64,000 nucleotides of DNA from Christensenellales bacterium (GCA_040768905.1 JAXGMA010000001.1:1451196-1515195), one strand, 5' to 3'; positions 10,479 through 20,677 are shown, numbered from the stretch's first letter. Numbers and translations are program-made. Notes: generated from the letters alone by a model not told the origin.

Positions 10479-11495
10479 TCATTTCATCCCGAGGTACTTG
10501 TTCGTTTCCGCTGTGCCGTCTTCCCTTGCCGTCTGCATCTTCATGGCGGCACGCACCGCATCTATGCTTTCGGGGATCACGACCGATTCCTGCGGGATAT
10601 TGATCGCGAACATGATATCGTCGCCCGATTTGACGATGGATTCTTCCCACAGCGCGATCTCATACATATCGCCTCTGGGGTTGCCCAGATCTCTGGCCCA
10701 TCTGAACATTGATGCATTGCCGAGGAAACCGTCGGCTAATCGCACGCACATGATCCGCGGGTGCGCTTTTGCCATCTCCCAGAGCTCTTTCTTATCTATC
10801 TTTTTCCCAGGTGTTACGATCACTGTGATGATGTGGCCGTGCGTCACCGGCGTGTGCACCAATATGCCTGTACACGGTATATGCGGCATGATGGTCATCA
10901 GGTCTTCCGCCTGGTGGCTCGGCGCTTTTTCCAGCTGCAGTGCGTTGGTCAATCCTCTGTGGTAGTCGCCGGGGTCGGCCACGCGCCGCACGATGGTGAT
11001 CGCCACTTTTTGGGCACCCACCGCTCGGTCTATCATATCCACCGCGCGTATGAGGCCTGTGGTGTTGCAGCTCGTCAGTTTCAAAAACTGCTGGCCGACG
11101 CCTTTTTCATAGTTTGCATAGCCGTGGAAGAACACATCCGCGACCTCGTTCTTCTCGCCGCCCTGGAACACTGCTTTTTTATTGTATTTGGCGTAAATTT
11201 CTTTGTTTTTTGCGCCGATGCCGCCGGGGGAACTATCGAGGATGATATCGCATTCCTGCACCAGTTCTTCGAAGCTGCCCGATACCGGGATGCCCGCCTG
11301 CTCCATCGCGTCGCTGCCCGGCGCCGCGTTGAACATCTTATACGGCATGCCGCGCTGCGCCAGGGCCCGCACTGAGAGCGTCGGCGCCACGTCCGCCACG
11401 CCCACAAGTTCCATATCCTGCTGGGCCGCGACACCGTCTGCCAGCCGTATCCCGATCACGCCGTATCCCGCTACGCCCACTTTGACTCTTTTCAT
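10479..11495 (-). CDS. Type II (archaeal-type) glyceraldehyde-3-phosphate dehydrogenase
   Basis: GYGVIG, FQGGEK, SCNTTGL (type II catalytic motif rather than SCTTNCL), RRVADP, QESVVIPESIDA. Confidence 0.88.
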   Translation of the reverse strand: MKRVKVGVAGYGVIGIRLADGVAAQQDMELVGVADVAPTLSVRALAQRGMPYKMFNAAPGSDAMEQAGIPVSGSFEELVQECDIILDSSPGGIGAKNKEIYAKYNKKAVFQGGEKNEVADVFFHGYANYEKGVGQQFLKLTSCNTTGLIRAVDMIDRAVGAQKVAITIVRRVADPGDYHRGLTNALQLEKAPSHQAEDLMTIMPHIPCTGILVHTPVTHGHIITVIVTPGKKIDKKELWEMAKAHPRIMCVRLADGFLGNASMFRWARDLGNPRGDMYEIALWEESIVKSGDDIMFAINIPQESVVIPESIDAVRAAMKMQTAREDGTAETNKYLGMK

Positions 11496-11688
11496 TCTAA
11501 AACTCCTCCGTATTGTTTTCTGCCTATAACTTTGATTGCTTTGTTTATCGTTTTTGTTTTATATTTTCCATGTGAATATTCATCACATGCGTGCTGATAT
11601 CCTTTTATAAGCTTTCCGTTGGGTTAATAAGCGCTGCTGACATAAGTATTTGCCTGCAAGGGGCCAATTTTCGTCAATGATTCTTCGC

Positions 11689-12096
11689 TTATTCCGGTGT
11701 GACAGTAATTTCAACACAGTTTCCGTCTGGATCCAGCAGGACAGCTTCATAATACCCGTCTCCGGTCATGCGCGGCTCTCCGGTAATGGTTATGCCGTCT
11801 GCCATGAGTCTTTTGACGATATCATCCACTTCACGCTTTTCGGCGACTTCAAAAGCGATATGCGTAAAGCCTGTCGATTCGAAACCTTTCTTATTGCTGC
11901 CGTCTGGTATTGTATCCATTTGCATCAATTCCAGTCTGCATCCAGAGTCGAATGATATGAAATATGATGAAAATTCCGCCTTAAATTCATGCGCCGACAC
12001 ATACTTTTCATTTGATTTTCCGCCAAAATACTTTACATAGAATTCTTTCATCTCTTCGAGCTTGTACGTCCATAAAGCCACATGTTCAATTTTCAT
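11689..12096 (-). CDS. VOC/glyoxalase family protein
   Basis: MKIEHVALW, RLELMQ, HIAF, GDGYYEAVLLDPDGN; start at 12096 follows GGAGG. Confidence 0.88.
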   Translation of the reverse strand: MKIEHVALWTYKLEEMKEFYVKYFGGKSNEKYVSAHEFKAEFSSYFISFDSGCRLELMQMDTIPDGSNKKGFESTGFTHIAFEVAEKREVDDIVKRLMADGITITGEPRMTGDGYYEAVLLDPDGNCVEITVTPE

Positions 12097-12134
12097 AGTT
12101 TTGTATCCTCCCGCAAAATATTTAACAAAAAGCA

Positions 12135-12163
12135 TTGACATGTCTATAGTAATATATTAGTAT
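12135..12163 (+). promoter_or_regulatory. Sigma-A-like promoter with overlapping palindromic operator (AGTAATATATTAGT, 12148-12161)
   Basis: TTGACA-17bp-TAGTAT; operator begins 7 bp after the -35. Confidence 0.65.
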
Positions 12164-12222
12164 ACTTATGTCAACTGATTTTTATATAAGCGTTTTTATT
12201 ATTATAAAGGAGGCGAGCCAAA

Positions 12223-13020
12223 ATGTATACCCAAAAGAACTCAATAACAAACGGCTACAACGAATACATCGCGCTTGAATCCCCCGCCGGCAGGCTGGCA
12301 TTGATGGATGTCGGTTTACTGGTGCTGGATCCCGGCGAAAGCCACAGTTTTCTTGAGAGCGGCAAAGAAATTGCTGTTCTTCTAATAGACGGCGAGGCCA
12401 TTTATCAGTGGGATCAAAACAGCGTCACTGCACAAAGGGGCAACCCGTTTGATGATAACCCCTGGTGTATCCATGCACAAAAAGGCCAGGAGATAAAGAT
12501 CACAGCTATTGCGCACAGCGAATTCTTTATACAAATGACCAAGAATGACGCAGCGTTTGGCACAAAATTATACTCTCCGCAAGACACGCATACACAGCGC
12601 GCAGGCGCAAACGGGGAGCTTCAAGGTATGATGCGCAGAAACATCCGCACCGTTTTTGACTACTCCTGTGCACCCTACTCAAATATGGTGCTGGGTGAAG
12701 TGGTCAACTTTCCGGGCCGTTGGTCAAGCTACCCACCGCATCACCATCCTCAGCCTGAAGTGTATTTTTACCGGTTTGACAAGCCACAGGGGTTTGGCGC
12801 CGGCTTTACTGACGGCAGGATCTATGAACTCCGTCATAACGGCATGCTTCTCATCACCGATAAGTTCCACTCCCAGGCCGCTGCGCCGGGATATCCGATG
12901 TACTATGCCTGGGGCATACGCCATCTTGACGGCAACCCTTGGAAAAAGACACGCATCGATGATGTTGAGCATACCTGGCTGCTGGAAGATAATCCCGATA
13001 TTTGGGAAGAAAAAATATAA
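12223..13020 (+). CDS. IolB/KduI-family isomerase (5-deoxy-glucuronate isomerase-like)
   Basis: GRWSSYPPHHH, EVYFYRF, GFG, H..AAPGYPMYYAW cupin motifs. Confidence 0.85.
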   Translation: MYTQKNSITNGYNEYIALESPAGRLALMDVGLLVLDPGESHSFLESGKEIAVLLIDGEAIYQWDQNSVTAQRGNPFDDNPWCIHAQKGQEIKITAIAHSEFFIQMTKNDAAFGTKLYSPQDTHTQRAGANGELQGMMRRNIRTVFDYSCAPYSNMVLGEVVNFPGRWSSYPPHHHPQPEVYFYRFDKPQGFGAGFTDGRIYELRHNGMLLITDKFHSQAAAPGYPMYYAWGIRHLDGNPWKKTRIDDVEHTWLLEDNPDIWEEKI

Positions 13021-13052
13021 TACTTTGTTTCTTTTGACCTCCATTCTATAGA

Positions 13053-13093
13053 AAATCAGCCCCCTTGCATTGTGTTGGCAAGGGGGCTGATTT
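13053..13093. terminator. Bidirectional rho-independent terminator between convergent genes
   Basis: aaatcagcccccttgc...gcaagggggctgattt inverted repeat. Confidence 0.8.
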
Positions 13094-13136
13094 GTCCATA
13101 TCCTATAAATGAATAAGTAATCAAAGACAATGCATT

Positions 13137-14906
13137 TTATAAAGACGAAAGAGGCTCCAAGCGCCTGACGAGCTGTTCCAGATTGTTTTGTGCAAAAATG
13201 CCCATGGTTTGCAGCCTGTCGGAAATGTCCACTGGTTCAGATTTTCCAGGCAATATGGCGTTCAGTACGCCGCCCATAAACACAAAATACTCCTTGCCTT
13301 TGTTTTTGGCTATGTCGATGAGCTGTCTGCCGTAGTCGAGCGCCTGTCCGTTATGGCAGCTGATACCGACGATGTTCACACCTTCTTCGTCGGCAAGATC
13401 AAGAACATCAACCGCGTCCATGTCTACGCCGCCGTTCACCACTTTGGCCCCGACCGCAGACAAAACCCCCTCGACCAAAAGCAGCCCGTAAGTGTGCGCA
13501 TCACCCGAGGCAAGAACGATTTTTTTGCCTTCAAGCGCATCTTTTAGCCCATTTTTATACAACTTTGCTATTTCATCTTCGCGAATCTGCACAGTTTGCC
13601 GCCCTAAGACCGTTGGATAAAATGGTTTGATTTCAGCCATTCCCTCGTTGCAAGTGGTAGAATGAAAAGCCTGTTCGAATTTAAGCGGGTTGAACCTGCT
13701 CAGCACAAAAATCATCTCAAGCGGGTCGTTTATATCTATGCCTGCAGCCAAAAACCCATTGAGTGCATTCGAAAAGAACAATTTCCCCTGCTCAACCATG
13801 ACGTCGCGCATGGCTTCCAGCTTGGAAAAATCCATAAGTTCATCCCATTCCGGCGCTTTCTCTTCAACCCTTTTACCTGCGGCAAAAATATTCACTAGTT
13901 CCTGCAAAGTCGGGACGGCTATCTTTTCAGTAATAGACACCGGATTGACACCCAGCCCCATTTTGTATTTTCTCTCAGCCAATATCGTCATCAAAAGTTC
14001 CTGAACGCTTATTCCATAGTTGCCGTGCGTATCATGTTCCCATTGCAGATTTGTCGAGCTGTTTATATAATGCAGCGCGGGCTGCTCGTCTGTGGAAAGC
14101 GCTTTATGAAGCGCCATCGCTATTGCAGTTCGCGTGTGCCCTTCGCTCAGAAGCCCCCCGTATGCAATCATATACCTTGCACCGCATAATGTCGTACAAA
14201 TATAGTGTTCAAGCATCGCATAACCGACATACGAGCTGCAGTCGATAAAATACCCGGCATAACCATCGTCAAGGTACGTTTTGACCATCACATCTTCATC
14301 ATGTTTTGACGCAATGATGCCCAAAGAACGTATCATATTGCTAAATCTCGTCAGATTGTCATCATAGCCGGGATAATTCCATATGATCTGCGAAAACTCA
14401 CCGATAAGCGTTGCGCCTGCTTTTATGGCGTTTATTGTGGTTTCAAGCCCGCTTGGCGATGCCAGATGATAATCATTAAAAGTCACTTCTATGGGTGCTG
14501 CTTCCACCTGAGCTTTGTAGTCTTCATAGCCGTCCATAATAAAACTTGTCGTTGAAGGCGCTTTTTCTCTGTATTCCTTTGGCAGGGCTATGACCCCGCT
14601 CGCGATCGGCTGAATAGAATCGACAATCAAGCCCGTTCTTTGAGAAAATTCGTAGAGCTTTTTGGTCGCTTTAACCTGTTCTTCCAAGGTGGCCAGGCCC
14701 ATAAGAATGTTCCAGTAGATCCTTCCTTCTTTTCTGATCTCTTTCTTGTATTCGAGCAGGCTTTTATAGCCGCTTTCACGTGTAAACCTGCTTTTCCCAG
14801 ACTGAATAGATCTGCCCATTTCCATACCCTCTTTGAGCAGCTCTCTGCCGTCCGGATGGCACGCGGGCTTTAATCCCTTGATGTATTCTATCACAGTACT
14901 GTTCAT
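13137..14906 (-). CDS. Uncharacterised cobalamin-binding protein (large N-terminal domain plus C-terminal B12-binding Rossmann domain)
   Basis: C-terminal DAHTYG (DxHxxG), VGISCHNG and FMGG match the base-off/His-on B12 motif; N-terminal ~450 aa not recognised. Confidence 0.75.
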   Translation of the reverse strand: MNSTVIEYIKGLKPACHPDGRELLKEGMEMGRSIQSGKSRFTRESGYKSLLEYKKEIRKEGRIYWNILMGLATLEEQVKATKKLYEFSQRTGLIVDSIQPIASGVIALPKEYREKAPSTTSFIMDGYEDYKAQVEAAPIEVTFNDYHLASPSGLETTINAIKAGATLIGEFSQIIWNYPGYDDNLTRFSNMIRSLGIIASKHDEDVMVKTYLDDGYAGYFIDCSSYVGYAMLEHYICTTLCGARYMIAYGGLLSEGHTRTAIAMALHKALSTDEQPALHYINSSTNLQWEHDTHGNYGISVQELLMTILAERKYKMGLGVNPVSITEKIAVPTLQELVNIFAAGKRVEEKAPEWDELMDFSKLEAMRDVMVEQGKLFFSNALNGFLAAGIDINDPLEMIFVLSRFNPLKFEQAFHSTTCNEGMAEIKPFYPTVLGRQTVQIREDEIAKLYKNGLKDALEGKKIVLASGDAHTYGLLLVEGVLSAVGAKVVNGGVDMDAVDVLDLADEEGVNIVGISCHNGQALDYGRQLIDIAKNKGKEYFVFMGGVLNAILPGKSEPVDISDRLQTMGIFAQNNLEQLVRRLEPLSSL

Positions 14907-14935
14907 AGATGTTGGCTCCCCGTTATTTCCTCGTA

Positions 14936-15613
14936 TTATGCTATAAACTCAGGATGGTTTTTTCTGATCTGGCTCTCCCTTTTCATTGTCATATGGTCAT
15001 GATGCGCATCAAGCAGCTTTTTGAGTTCATTTTTATTGCCGTTTAGTATATATTCAACGATCCTCTGATGGTCCAGATAAGACTCTTCGAGGCTGTTCGG
15101 AAAACCCATATCCAGCATCAGGAACCGGATATAATGCGCTCTCGTGTTGGAAATGATATTCCAGATCGGTTCATGCCCGTTGACTGAAAAAAGAAGCCGG
15201 TGAAACTCATTATCAAGCTTGATGTAGCTCACAATGTCTTGTTGCTTGATCGTATACTCCATTGCATGCAGCGTACTGCCGGTCAGGTTGCTCAAGTCCG
15301 CCTGGTTTTTGCATAGATCGATACAGATCTCCATTTCCATCACATGCCGCATATACGCCATTTCTTTTGCGATTTTGAGGTTGATTTTTGAAACATATGT
15401 CCCCCTCTGCGGGAAAACATCCACAAGCATCTCGTCAGAAAGACGGATCAGCGCCTCTCTGATGGGCGTCCTGCTCACCCCCAACTCAGCAACGAGACTG
15501 GCCTCGTTGACAGCCGAGCCCGGCTTGAAATCAAGAAACTGGATCGCATCCTTGAGCGTTTTGTAAACATCGACCTTCCTTTTTCGTCCGGCCATGTTTT
15601 CTGATATGTCCAT
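14936..15613 (-). CDS. GntR/FCD-family transcriptional regulator (YdfH/RspR-like)
   Basis: LGVSRTPIREAL HTH, PQRGTYV, LDNEFH, H...H FCD motifs. Confidence 0.92.
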   Translation of the reverse strand: MDISENMAGRKRKVDVYKTLKDAIQFLDFKPGSAVNEASLVAELGVSRTPIREALIRLSDEMLVDVFPQRGTYVSKINLKIAKEMAYMRHVMEMEICIDLCKNQADLSNLTGSTLHAMEYTIKQQDIVSYIKLDNEFHRLLFSVNGHEPIWNIISNTRAHYIRFLMLDMGFPNSLEESYLDHQRIVEYILNGNKNELKKLLDAHHDHMTMKRESQIRKNHPEFIA

Positions 15614-15826
15614 GCCATTTACCCCTTATAATAGTGATACATTAATATATCATTATCTTTTAGGCTTTTCAAGGTATCGGCTGTGTTTAGATAAAGAAGC
15701 GCTGATTCATTCCGTCTGCGCAGCGTTAAAACGCCTTGCCCTTTGAACCTTGTGTCATCAGCGCTTCTTATTATCCGGCAGTTCGCATGCTAAAAACTCG
15801 CGCCTGTGATCCAGATCAAGACAAAC

Positions 15827-17242
15827 CTAAACCATGCCGTACTTCTTCTCGATTTCCGCCGTGCTGCGGTCAAGTATATCAAATATGCCGTCAACATCGC
15901 TGTTTGTGATAACCAGCGGAGGCACAAAGGATATCCTGTTGTTGTGATAACCATTCATCTGCGCGAGCAGCCCTTTTGCTCTGGCTGCATCCACGATCTC
16001 CATGGTTTCTTTGGGCGCAGGTTCTTTTGTTTCGCGGTTTTTCACGTATTCTATGCCAAGAAAAACACCTTTGCGTGAATATGCGCCTACGATCGGGTGC
16101 GCTTCTGAGTATTTTCTGACTGCTTTTTCTAAGTATTCCCCTGTCTGTGCACATTTTTCAACAATGCCGTCTTCCTTGAAGATATCAAGGACCTTGTTGG
16201 ATACCGCACAGCCAAGCGCAGACCCTGCATAGGTGCTGACAGTATAACCGGGAGCCAGATCATCAAAAATCTCTGCACGCGCAATGCATGCGCTCATCGG
16301 CACACCGCCGCCAAGAGCCTTCCCTAAAAGCGTGATATCAGGCACAGCGCCGCTGTGCTGTGATGCAAACATCTTGCCGGTCCTGCCCATGCCCGTTTGT
16401 ATCTCGTCGAAGATAAGCAGAAAACCGTACTTGTCCGCGAGTTCTCTTAATCTTACAAGGAATTCATCCGGCGGCACTATATAGCCTGACGAGCTTTGCA
16501 TCGGCTCGACGATCATCGCCGCCACATTGCAGACATTCGCATACGGATTCCCAAGGCTTGTCTGGCCTGTACTCATCATCTTATCTATGACCTTGACACA
16601 ATGCATATCACAGGATGGGTGCTGCATCTCGTACGGGCAGCGGTAGCAGTAGGCATAAGGAAAACGCTCTATGCAATGGTCCGCACATGGCACAGGATTG
16701 AACCAACGGTGCATGGAACCGGCTCCGGTAAAGCCCATTGTCGCTGTGTTCTGTCCGTGATAGGCACCGTAAAAGCTGATGATATGCGTTTTGCGCGTAT
16801 AGTTCCTTGCAGTCCGAATGGCCATTTCCACGGCGTCCGACCCGCTCAGCATCAGCCGCACTTTCTTTCTATAGCTGCCGGGGCTAATTTCAATAAGCCG
16901 CCTGACAAGCCTTAAACGTTCAGGCGTGGGAAAATCGAACCAGTGCGCGAGTTTCATATACTGCTCGCTCAAAACATCTGCGATCCTCTGATCACCATGC
17001 CCGATGTTCATGGTGGAAAAACCGCCGATACAGTCGATATACTCGTTGCCGTCAACATCCCAGACCTTCATGCCTTTGCCTCGTTCGATCAGCGGAGGCT
17101 CGCTCCATTTGGTGAACAGCACGTTTCCAGGATGCTCATCATTCAAAAAATCAGTGATCCCTTGCTTGTTCTTCGGGGGCAGCGATTGTGAATCAGAGAT
17201 TCTCTCCAACAGTTTCTCATAAGGTTTCTTTTCCATGGTCAT
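15827..17242 (-). CDS. Class III PLP-dependent aminotransferase (GabT-like)
   Basis: DVDGNEYID, SGSDAVE, YHG, DEIQTGMGRTG, GKALGGG, STYAG. Confidence 0.92.
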   Translation of the reverse strand: MTMEKKPYEKLLERISDSQSLPPKNKQGITDFLNDEHPGNVLFTKWSEPPLIERGKGMKVWDVDGNEYIDCIGGFSTMNIGHGDQRIADVLSEQYMKLAHWFDFPTPERLRLVRRLIEISPGSYRKKVRLMLSGSDAVEMAIRTARNYTRKTHIISFYGAYHGQNTATMGFTGAGSMHRWFNPVPCADHCIERFPYAYCYRCPYEMQHPSCDMHCVKVIDKMMSTGQTSLGNPYANVCNVAAMIVEPMQSSSGYIVPPDEFLVRLRELADKYGFLLIFDEIQTGMGRTGKMFASQHSGAVPDITLLGKALGGGVPMSACIARAEIFDDLAPGYTVSTYAGSALGCAVSNKVLDIFKEDGIVEKCAQTGEYLEKAVRKYSEAHPIVGAYSRKGVFLGIEYVKNRETKEPAPKETMEIVDAARAKGLLAQMNGYHNNRISFVPPLVITNSDVDGIFDILDRSTAEIEKKYGMV

Positions 17243-17254
17243 TCTCCTTTCCGT

Positions 17255-18374
17255 TCAGCACGGGCTCGTCAGTGTTGTGATATCGGTGTATTCTAAGTCA
17301 AAAGCTTCTGAAACACCCGTTAATGTGCACTTTCCATCATAGCAATTCACACCCTTTGCAACTCCTTTGCACATACCGCAGGCTTTTTCAAGGCCATGGG
17401 CAGCGATCTTAAGGCCGTATTCAAGGGTCGTGTTTGTAAGTGCAATTGCCGATGTCCTTGAAACTGCTCCGGGCATATTGGCCACGCAGTAATGAACGAC
17501 ATCATCGATGATGAATACCGGATCCTGATGGGTTGTTGGCTTTGTGGTTTCAAAGCAACCTCCCTGGTCAACCGCCACGTCAACACTGACGGCACCCTTC
17601 TTCATGAGTTTGAGATCCTGTTTTGTAACAAGTTTCGGCGCCGCCTTTCCAGGTATCAAAACGGCTCCGATCACAAGATCTGCTTCGCTTAAGGATTTTT
17701 GTATATTTGCTTCAGAGCTGTAAAGCGTTGTATTGCTTCCGTTGAAAACATCATCAAGGTAAGCAAGCCTTTTCACACCAATATCCAAAATGGTGACATT
17801 GGCTCCCATTCCGCGCGCCATTTTGCATGCATTTAAACCCACAGTACCGCCGCCGATAATAGCCACTTTGCCGCGCTCCACTCCCGGCACGCCTCCAAGA
17901 AGGACGCCCCTGCCTTTATACGGCTTTTCCAAGTATTTTGCGCCTTCTTGTACTGAAAGCCTTCCGGCGATTTCGCTCATCGGCCTTAAGCAAGGCAGTT
18001 CACCATGCTGGTTTTCGATTGTTTCGTAAGCCACGGCAGATACTTTGTTGTCAAGCAATGCCATCGTCAGATCTTTGTCAGCGGCCAGATGAAGATAAGT
18101 ATACACGATCAAGCCTTCTCTTAAGAATGGGTATTCAGGTTATCGGCTCTTTCACTTTGACTATCATTTCAGCCTTCGATCAGACAGACTCCGCATCAGG
18201 CAAAATCATTGCGCCCGCAAGCTTGTATTCTTCATCTTCAAAACCTGATCCGACACCTGCGCCAGCCTCAACCAAAACGCTGTTTCCCGCATCCATATAA
18301 GCTTTCACACAGCTTGGCGTCAAGCCGACTCTGTACTCATGGTTCTTTATTTCCTTCACGACACCCACGACCAT
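17255..18374 (-). pseudogene. ald: Alanine dehydrogenase with an in-frame stop and a frameshift
   Basis: N-terminus KEIKNHEYRVGLTP ends at TGA 18180-18182. Frame continues SKAEMIVKVKEPIT, then shifts near 18137 into EYPFLREG..YLHLAAD..PMSEIAGR..DVAVDQGGC..CVANMPGA. Confidence 0.85.
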
Positions 18375-18433
18375 ATCCATCTCTCCCCTGTATATAATAC
18401 AAGCAGCTGCACCGCAGATCACGCTACGCTTTT

Positions 18434-18462
18434 ATATTAATATATTACTATACCGGTGTCAA
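18434..18462 (-). promoter_or_regulatory. Promoter of ald-aminotransferase unit with operator AGTAATATATTAAT
   Basis: Minus strand TTGACA-17bp-TAATAT; operator begins 7 bp after the -35. Confidence 0.65.
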
Positions 18463-18522
18463 GTGAAAACATGCCATTTTTTAAAATAATTATTGTATCC
18501 ACACAATGCAATACGCCCTTGA

Positions 18523-18562
18523 AAAAGCCAAAGCGCTCAACTCAGCTTGCGCTTTGGCTTTT
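18523..18562 (-). terminator. Rho-independent terminator after SDR gene
   Basis: aaaagccaaagcgc...gcgctttggctttt. Confidence 0.75.
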
Positions 18563-18663
18563 AAAAAAGTTCTATCTGTTTAGAGTTTTTCCGATGCCAT
18601 TGCAAATCAGCCCTTATGCCCTTTGCCCGCAGCGCCGGCTCGAAACAGTTTTCATCGAACTGA

Positions 18664-19446
18664 TCAGTGCATCATCTGCCCTCCGCATACATTGACGGCC
18701 TGGCCTGTCATATAGTCAGCATATTCAGAGGCGAGAAACACAAATACTTTTGCAATATCCCTTGGCGTGGCAAGCTTTTTCATGGGAACAGCATCCGTCC
18801 ATTTCTGCTTGATCACTTTCGGGTCTTCGCCGGTTATCTTGGAAACGAGCTTGGTTTCCAGTGTCGTCATTTCCGTGTCGACAGAACCGGGGCACACACT
18901 GTTCACATGTATGTTTTCTGTTGCCAGTTCAAGCGCGAGCGTTTTTGTCAACAGAATCACGGCGGCCTTTGTCGCACAGTAATGCCCCAGCAGCGGAATG
19001 CCCGCTTTGCCGGCCTGCGACGCAGTGTTGATGATCCTGCCGTAATTTTGCTTCCTCATTTGAGGAATGACCGCCTTGCAGCAAAGGAATACGCCCTTGG
19101 TATTCACTGCGAAAATTTTATCCCATTCCTGCGCGGTGATATCCTCGATCTTTTTCATGCAGTTGATGATCCCCGCATTGTTGCACATGACATCAATGCT
19201 GCCGAAGCAGTCGACGACCTTTCGGATCATCGCATTGACATCATCTTCATCGGTCACATCCACTTTCACGGCCACAGCTTTTTTTCCGGACGCGCTGATC
19301 TGTTCTGCAGTTTTTTGGGCTGCCTCAAAATTAATATCGCAGACCGCGACATTGGCCCCATGCCTTGCAAACTCATCGCAGATCGCCCTGCCGATGCCGC
19401 TTGCACCTCCCGTTACCACTACGGTTTTATCACAAAAATTAATCAT
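18664..19446 (-). CDS. SDR oxidoreductase (polyol/acetoin dehydrogenase-like)
   Basis: TGGASGIG, NNAG, SQAGK, YCATK, YMTGQAVNVCGG. Confidence 0.9.
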   Translation of the reverse strand: MINFCDKTVVVTGGASGIGRAICDEFARHGANVAVCDINFEAAQKTAEQISASGKKAVAVKVDVTDEDDVNAMIRKVVDCFGSIDVMCNNAGIINCMKKIEDITAQEWDKIFAVNTKGVFLCCKAVIPQMRKQNYGRIINTASQAGKAGIPLLGHYCATKAAVILLTKTLALELATENIHVNSVCPGSVDTEMTTLETKLVSKITGEDPKVIKQKWTDAVPMKKLATPRDIAKVFVFLASEYADYMTGQAVNVCGGQMMH

Positions 19447-19469
19447 CCTTCATCTCCCTGTTGCGTATT

Positions 19470-20498
19470 TTATTTGGCGATCTCTATGATCACCTTCACA
19501 CCTTCGCCGCTTCTCATAAGCTCAATGCCCTTGGCTGTGTCCTGTATCGGCAAACGGTGCGTGATCAGCTTTTCTATGGGGATCAGCTTCTTCTCTATGA
19601 TCTGTACGGCAAGGGGCATCGTTCCCTTGGTGATAAATCTTCCGTGTATGTTCACCTCATTGATGACGATCGGCGCAGGGGCCACCGTGGCATTGGCGCG
19701 CGTATTGATTCCAAAGATGATCACATGCCCGCCTTTTTGGGCCAGTTTTACGGCATCTCCCATAAGCATGCCCACAGCATCAACTACGATATCCGCGCCC
19801 CTGTTCATGACTTTTTTGACCTCTGTCTCCAGATCCTGCGTTGCCGGATCGATGGCATAATCGGCTCCGATATCCATTGCGGCTTGCCGCCTTTTTTCCG
19901 AAACGTCAGAGATGATCACCGTGGCACCTGCCGCCTTATAAAGCATCACGAAGATCATCCCGATGGGGCCTGCGCCAAGAACAACAGCATTTTCACCGGG
20001 ATGGATACGGAAGCTCTTTGTTGCGTTTAAAACGCACGCCAAAGGCTCGGCAAGACACGCCACATACGGCACAACGTCCTTACTGATCGAATAGACAAGT
20101 TTTTCAGGCACACAAAGGTAATCCGCCATCGCCCCGTCCCTGCTGTCTCCGACATGCAGGAAATTCTCACACAGATTGATTTGTCCTGTTTTGCAGTAAT
20201 AGCACTTTCCGCACCATTGATTCGGGTGTACAACGACTCTGTCTCCCGCTTTAAAGGTTGTCACACTGCTTCCGACTTCTTCAACAGTACCGCAGCACTC
20301 ATGGCCAATCACGACTCCCTCGCGGAAAAGAAATTCAGGAGGATCAGCAAGGCCGCGCACGTCTGTGCCGCAAAGGCTCACTGCCTCCACACGTATCAGG
20401 ACTTCATCTGGATTTTTGATCTGCGGAATTGGCACCTCTTTGATAGCCAGGGTCCCGGCTCTTTCAAATACCGCTGCCGTCATGGTTCTATTTTTCAT
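19470..20498 (-). CDS. Zinc-dependent medium-chain dehydrogenase (sorbitol/threonine DH-like)
   Basis: CGTD, GHE, CGKCYYC...C, LAEPLAC, GAGPIG. Confidence 0.92.
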   Translation of the reverse strand: MKNRTMTAAVFERAGTLAIKEVPIPQIKNPDEVLIRVEAVSLCGTDVRGLADPPEFLFREGVVIGHECCGTVEEVGSSVTTFKAGDRVVVHPNQWCGKCYYCKTGQINLCENFLHVGDSRDGAMADYLCVPEKLVYSISKDVVPYVACLAEPLACVLNATKSFRIHPGENAVVLGAGPIGMIFVMLYKAAGATVIISDVSEKRRQAAMDIGADYAIDPATQDLETEVKKVMNRGADIVVDAVGMLMGDAVKLAQKGGHVIIFGINTRANATVAPAPIVINEVNIHGRFITKGTMPLAVQIIEKKLIPIEKLITHRLPIQDTAKGIELMRSGEGVKVIIEIAK

Positions 20499-20677
20499 TA
20501 AATCTTTCCTCCTGCTATTGATTATTACAAGGCTTAAACCTTCAAAAAGTCATCGTAAAAAGTGTTTTTTGTCCTTAGTTGGATTTCATCGCGAGTCCGG
20601 AAATCACGCAGATTGAGTGGCTCATTTTTATATATATTAAAACTGCTATAAAATCTAATTTCATACAGAGCAATTCT

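Noticed and set aside
15660..15826. Cobalamin riboswitch upstream of gntR and the B12 gene
   Set aside because: Only a 13-bp stem with a long loop (aagaagcgctgat/atcagcgcttctt) is visible; no B12-box consensus.
18180..18182. Selenocysteine or genetic-code reassignment of TGA in ald
   Set aside because: The position is Trp-like rather than Cys-like, a frameshift follows within 45 bp, and TGA is a normal stop for many other genes in the window.
18667..19860. 397-aa plus-strand ORF and other long antisense ORFs (e.g. 7537-8280, 9872-10603, 48047-48772)
   Set aside because: Shadow frames opposite well-supported genes, with no recognisable motifs.
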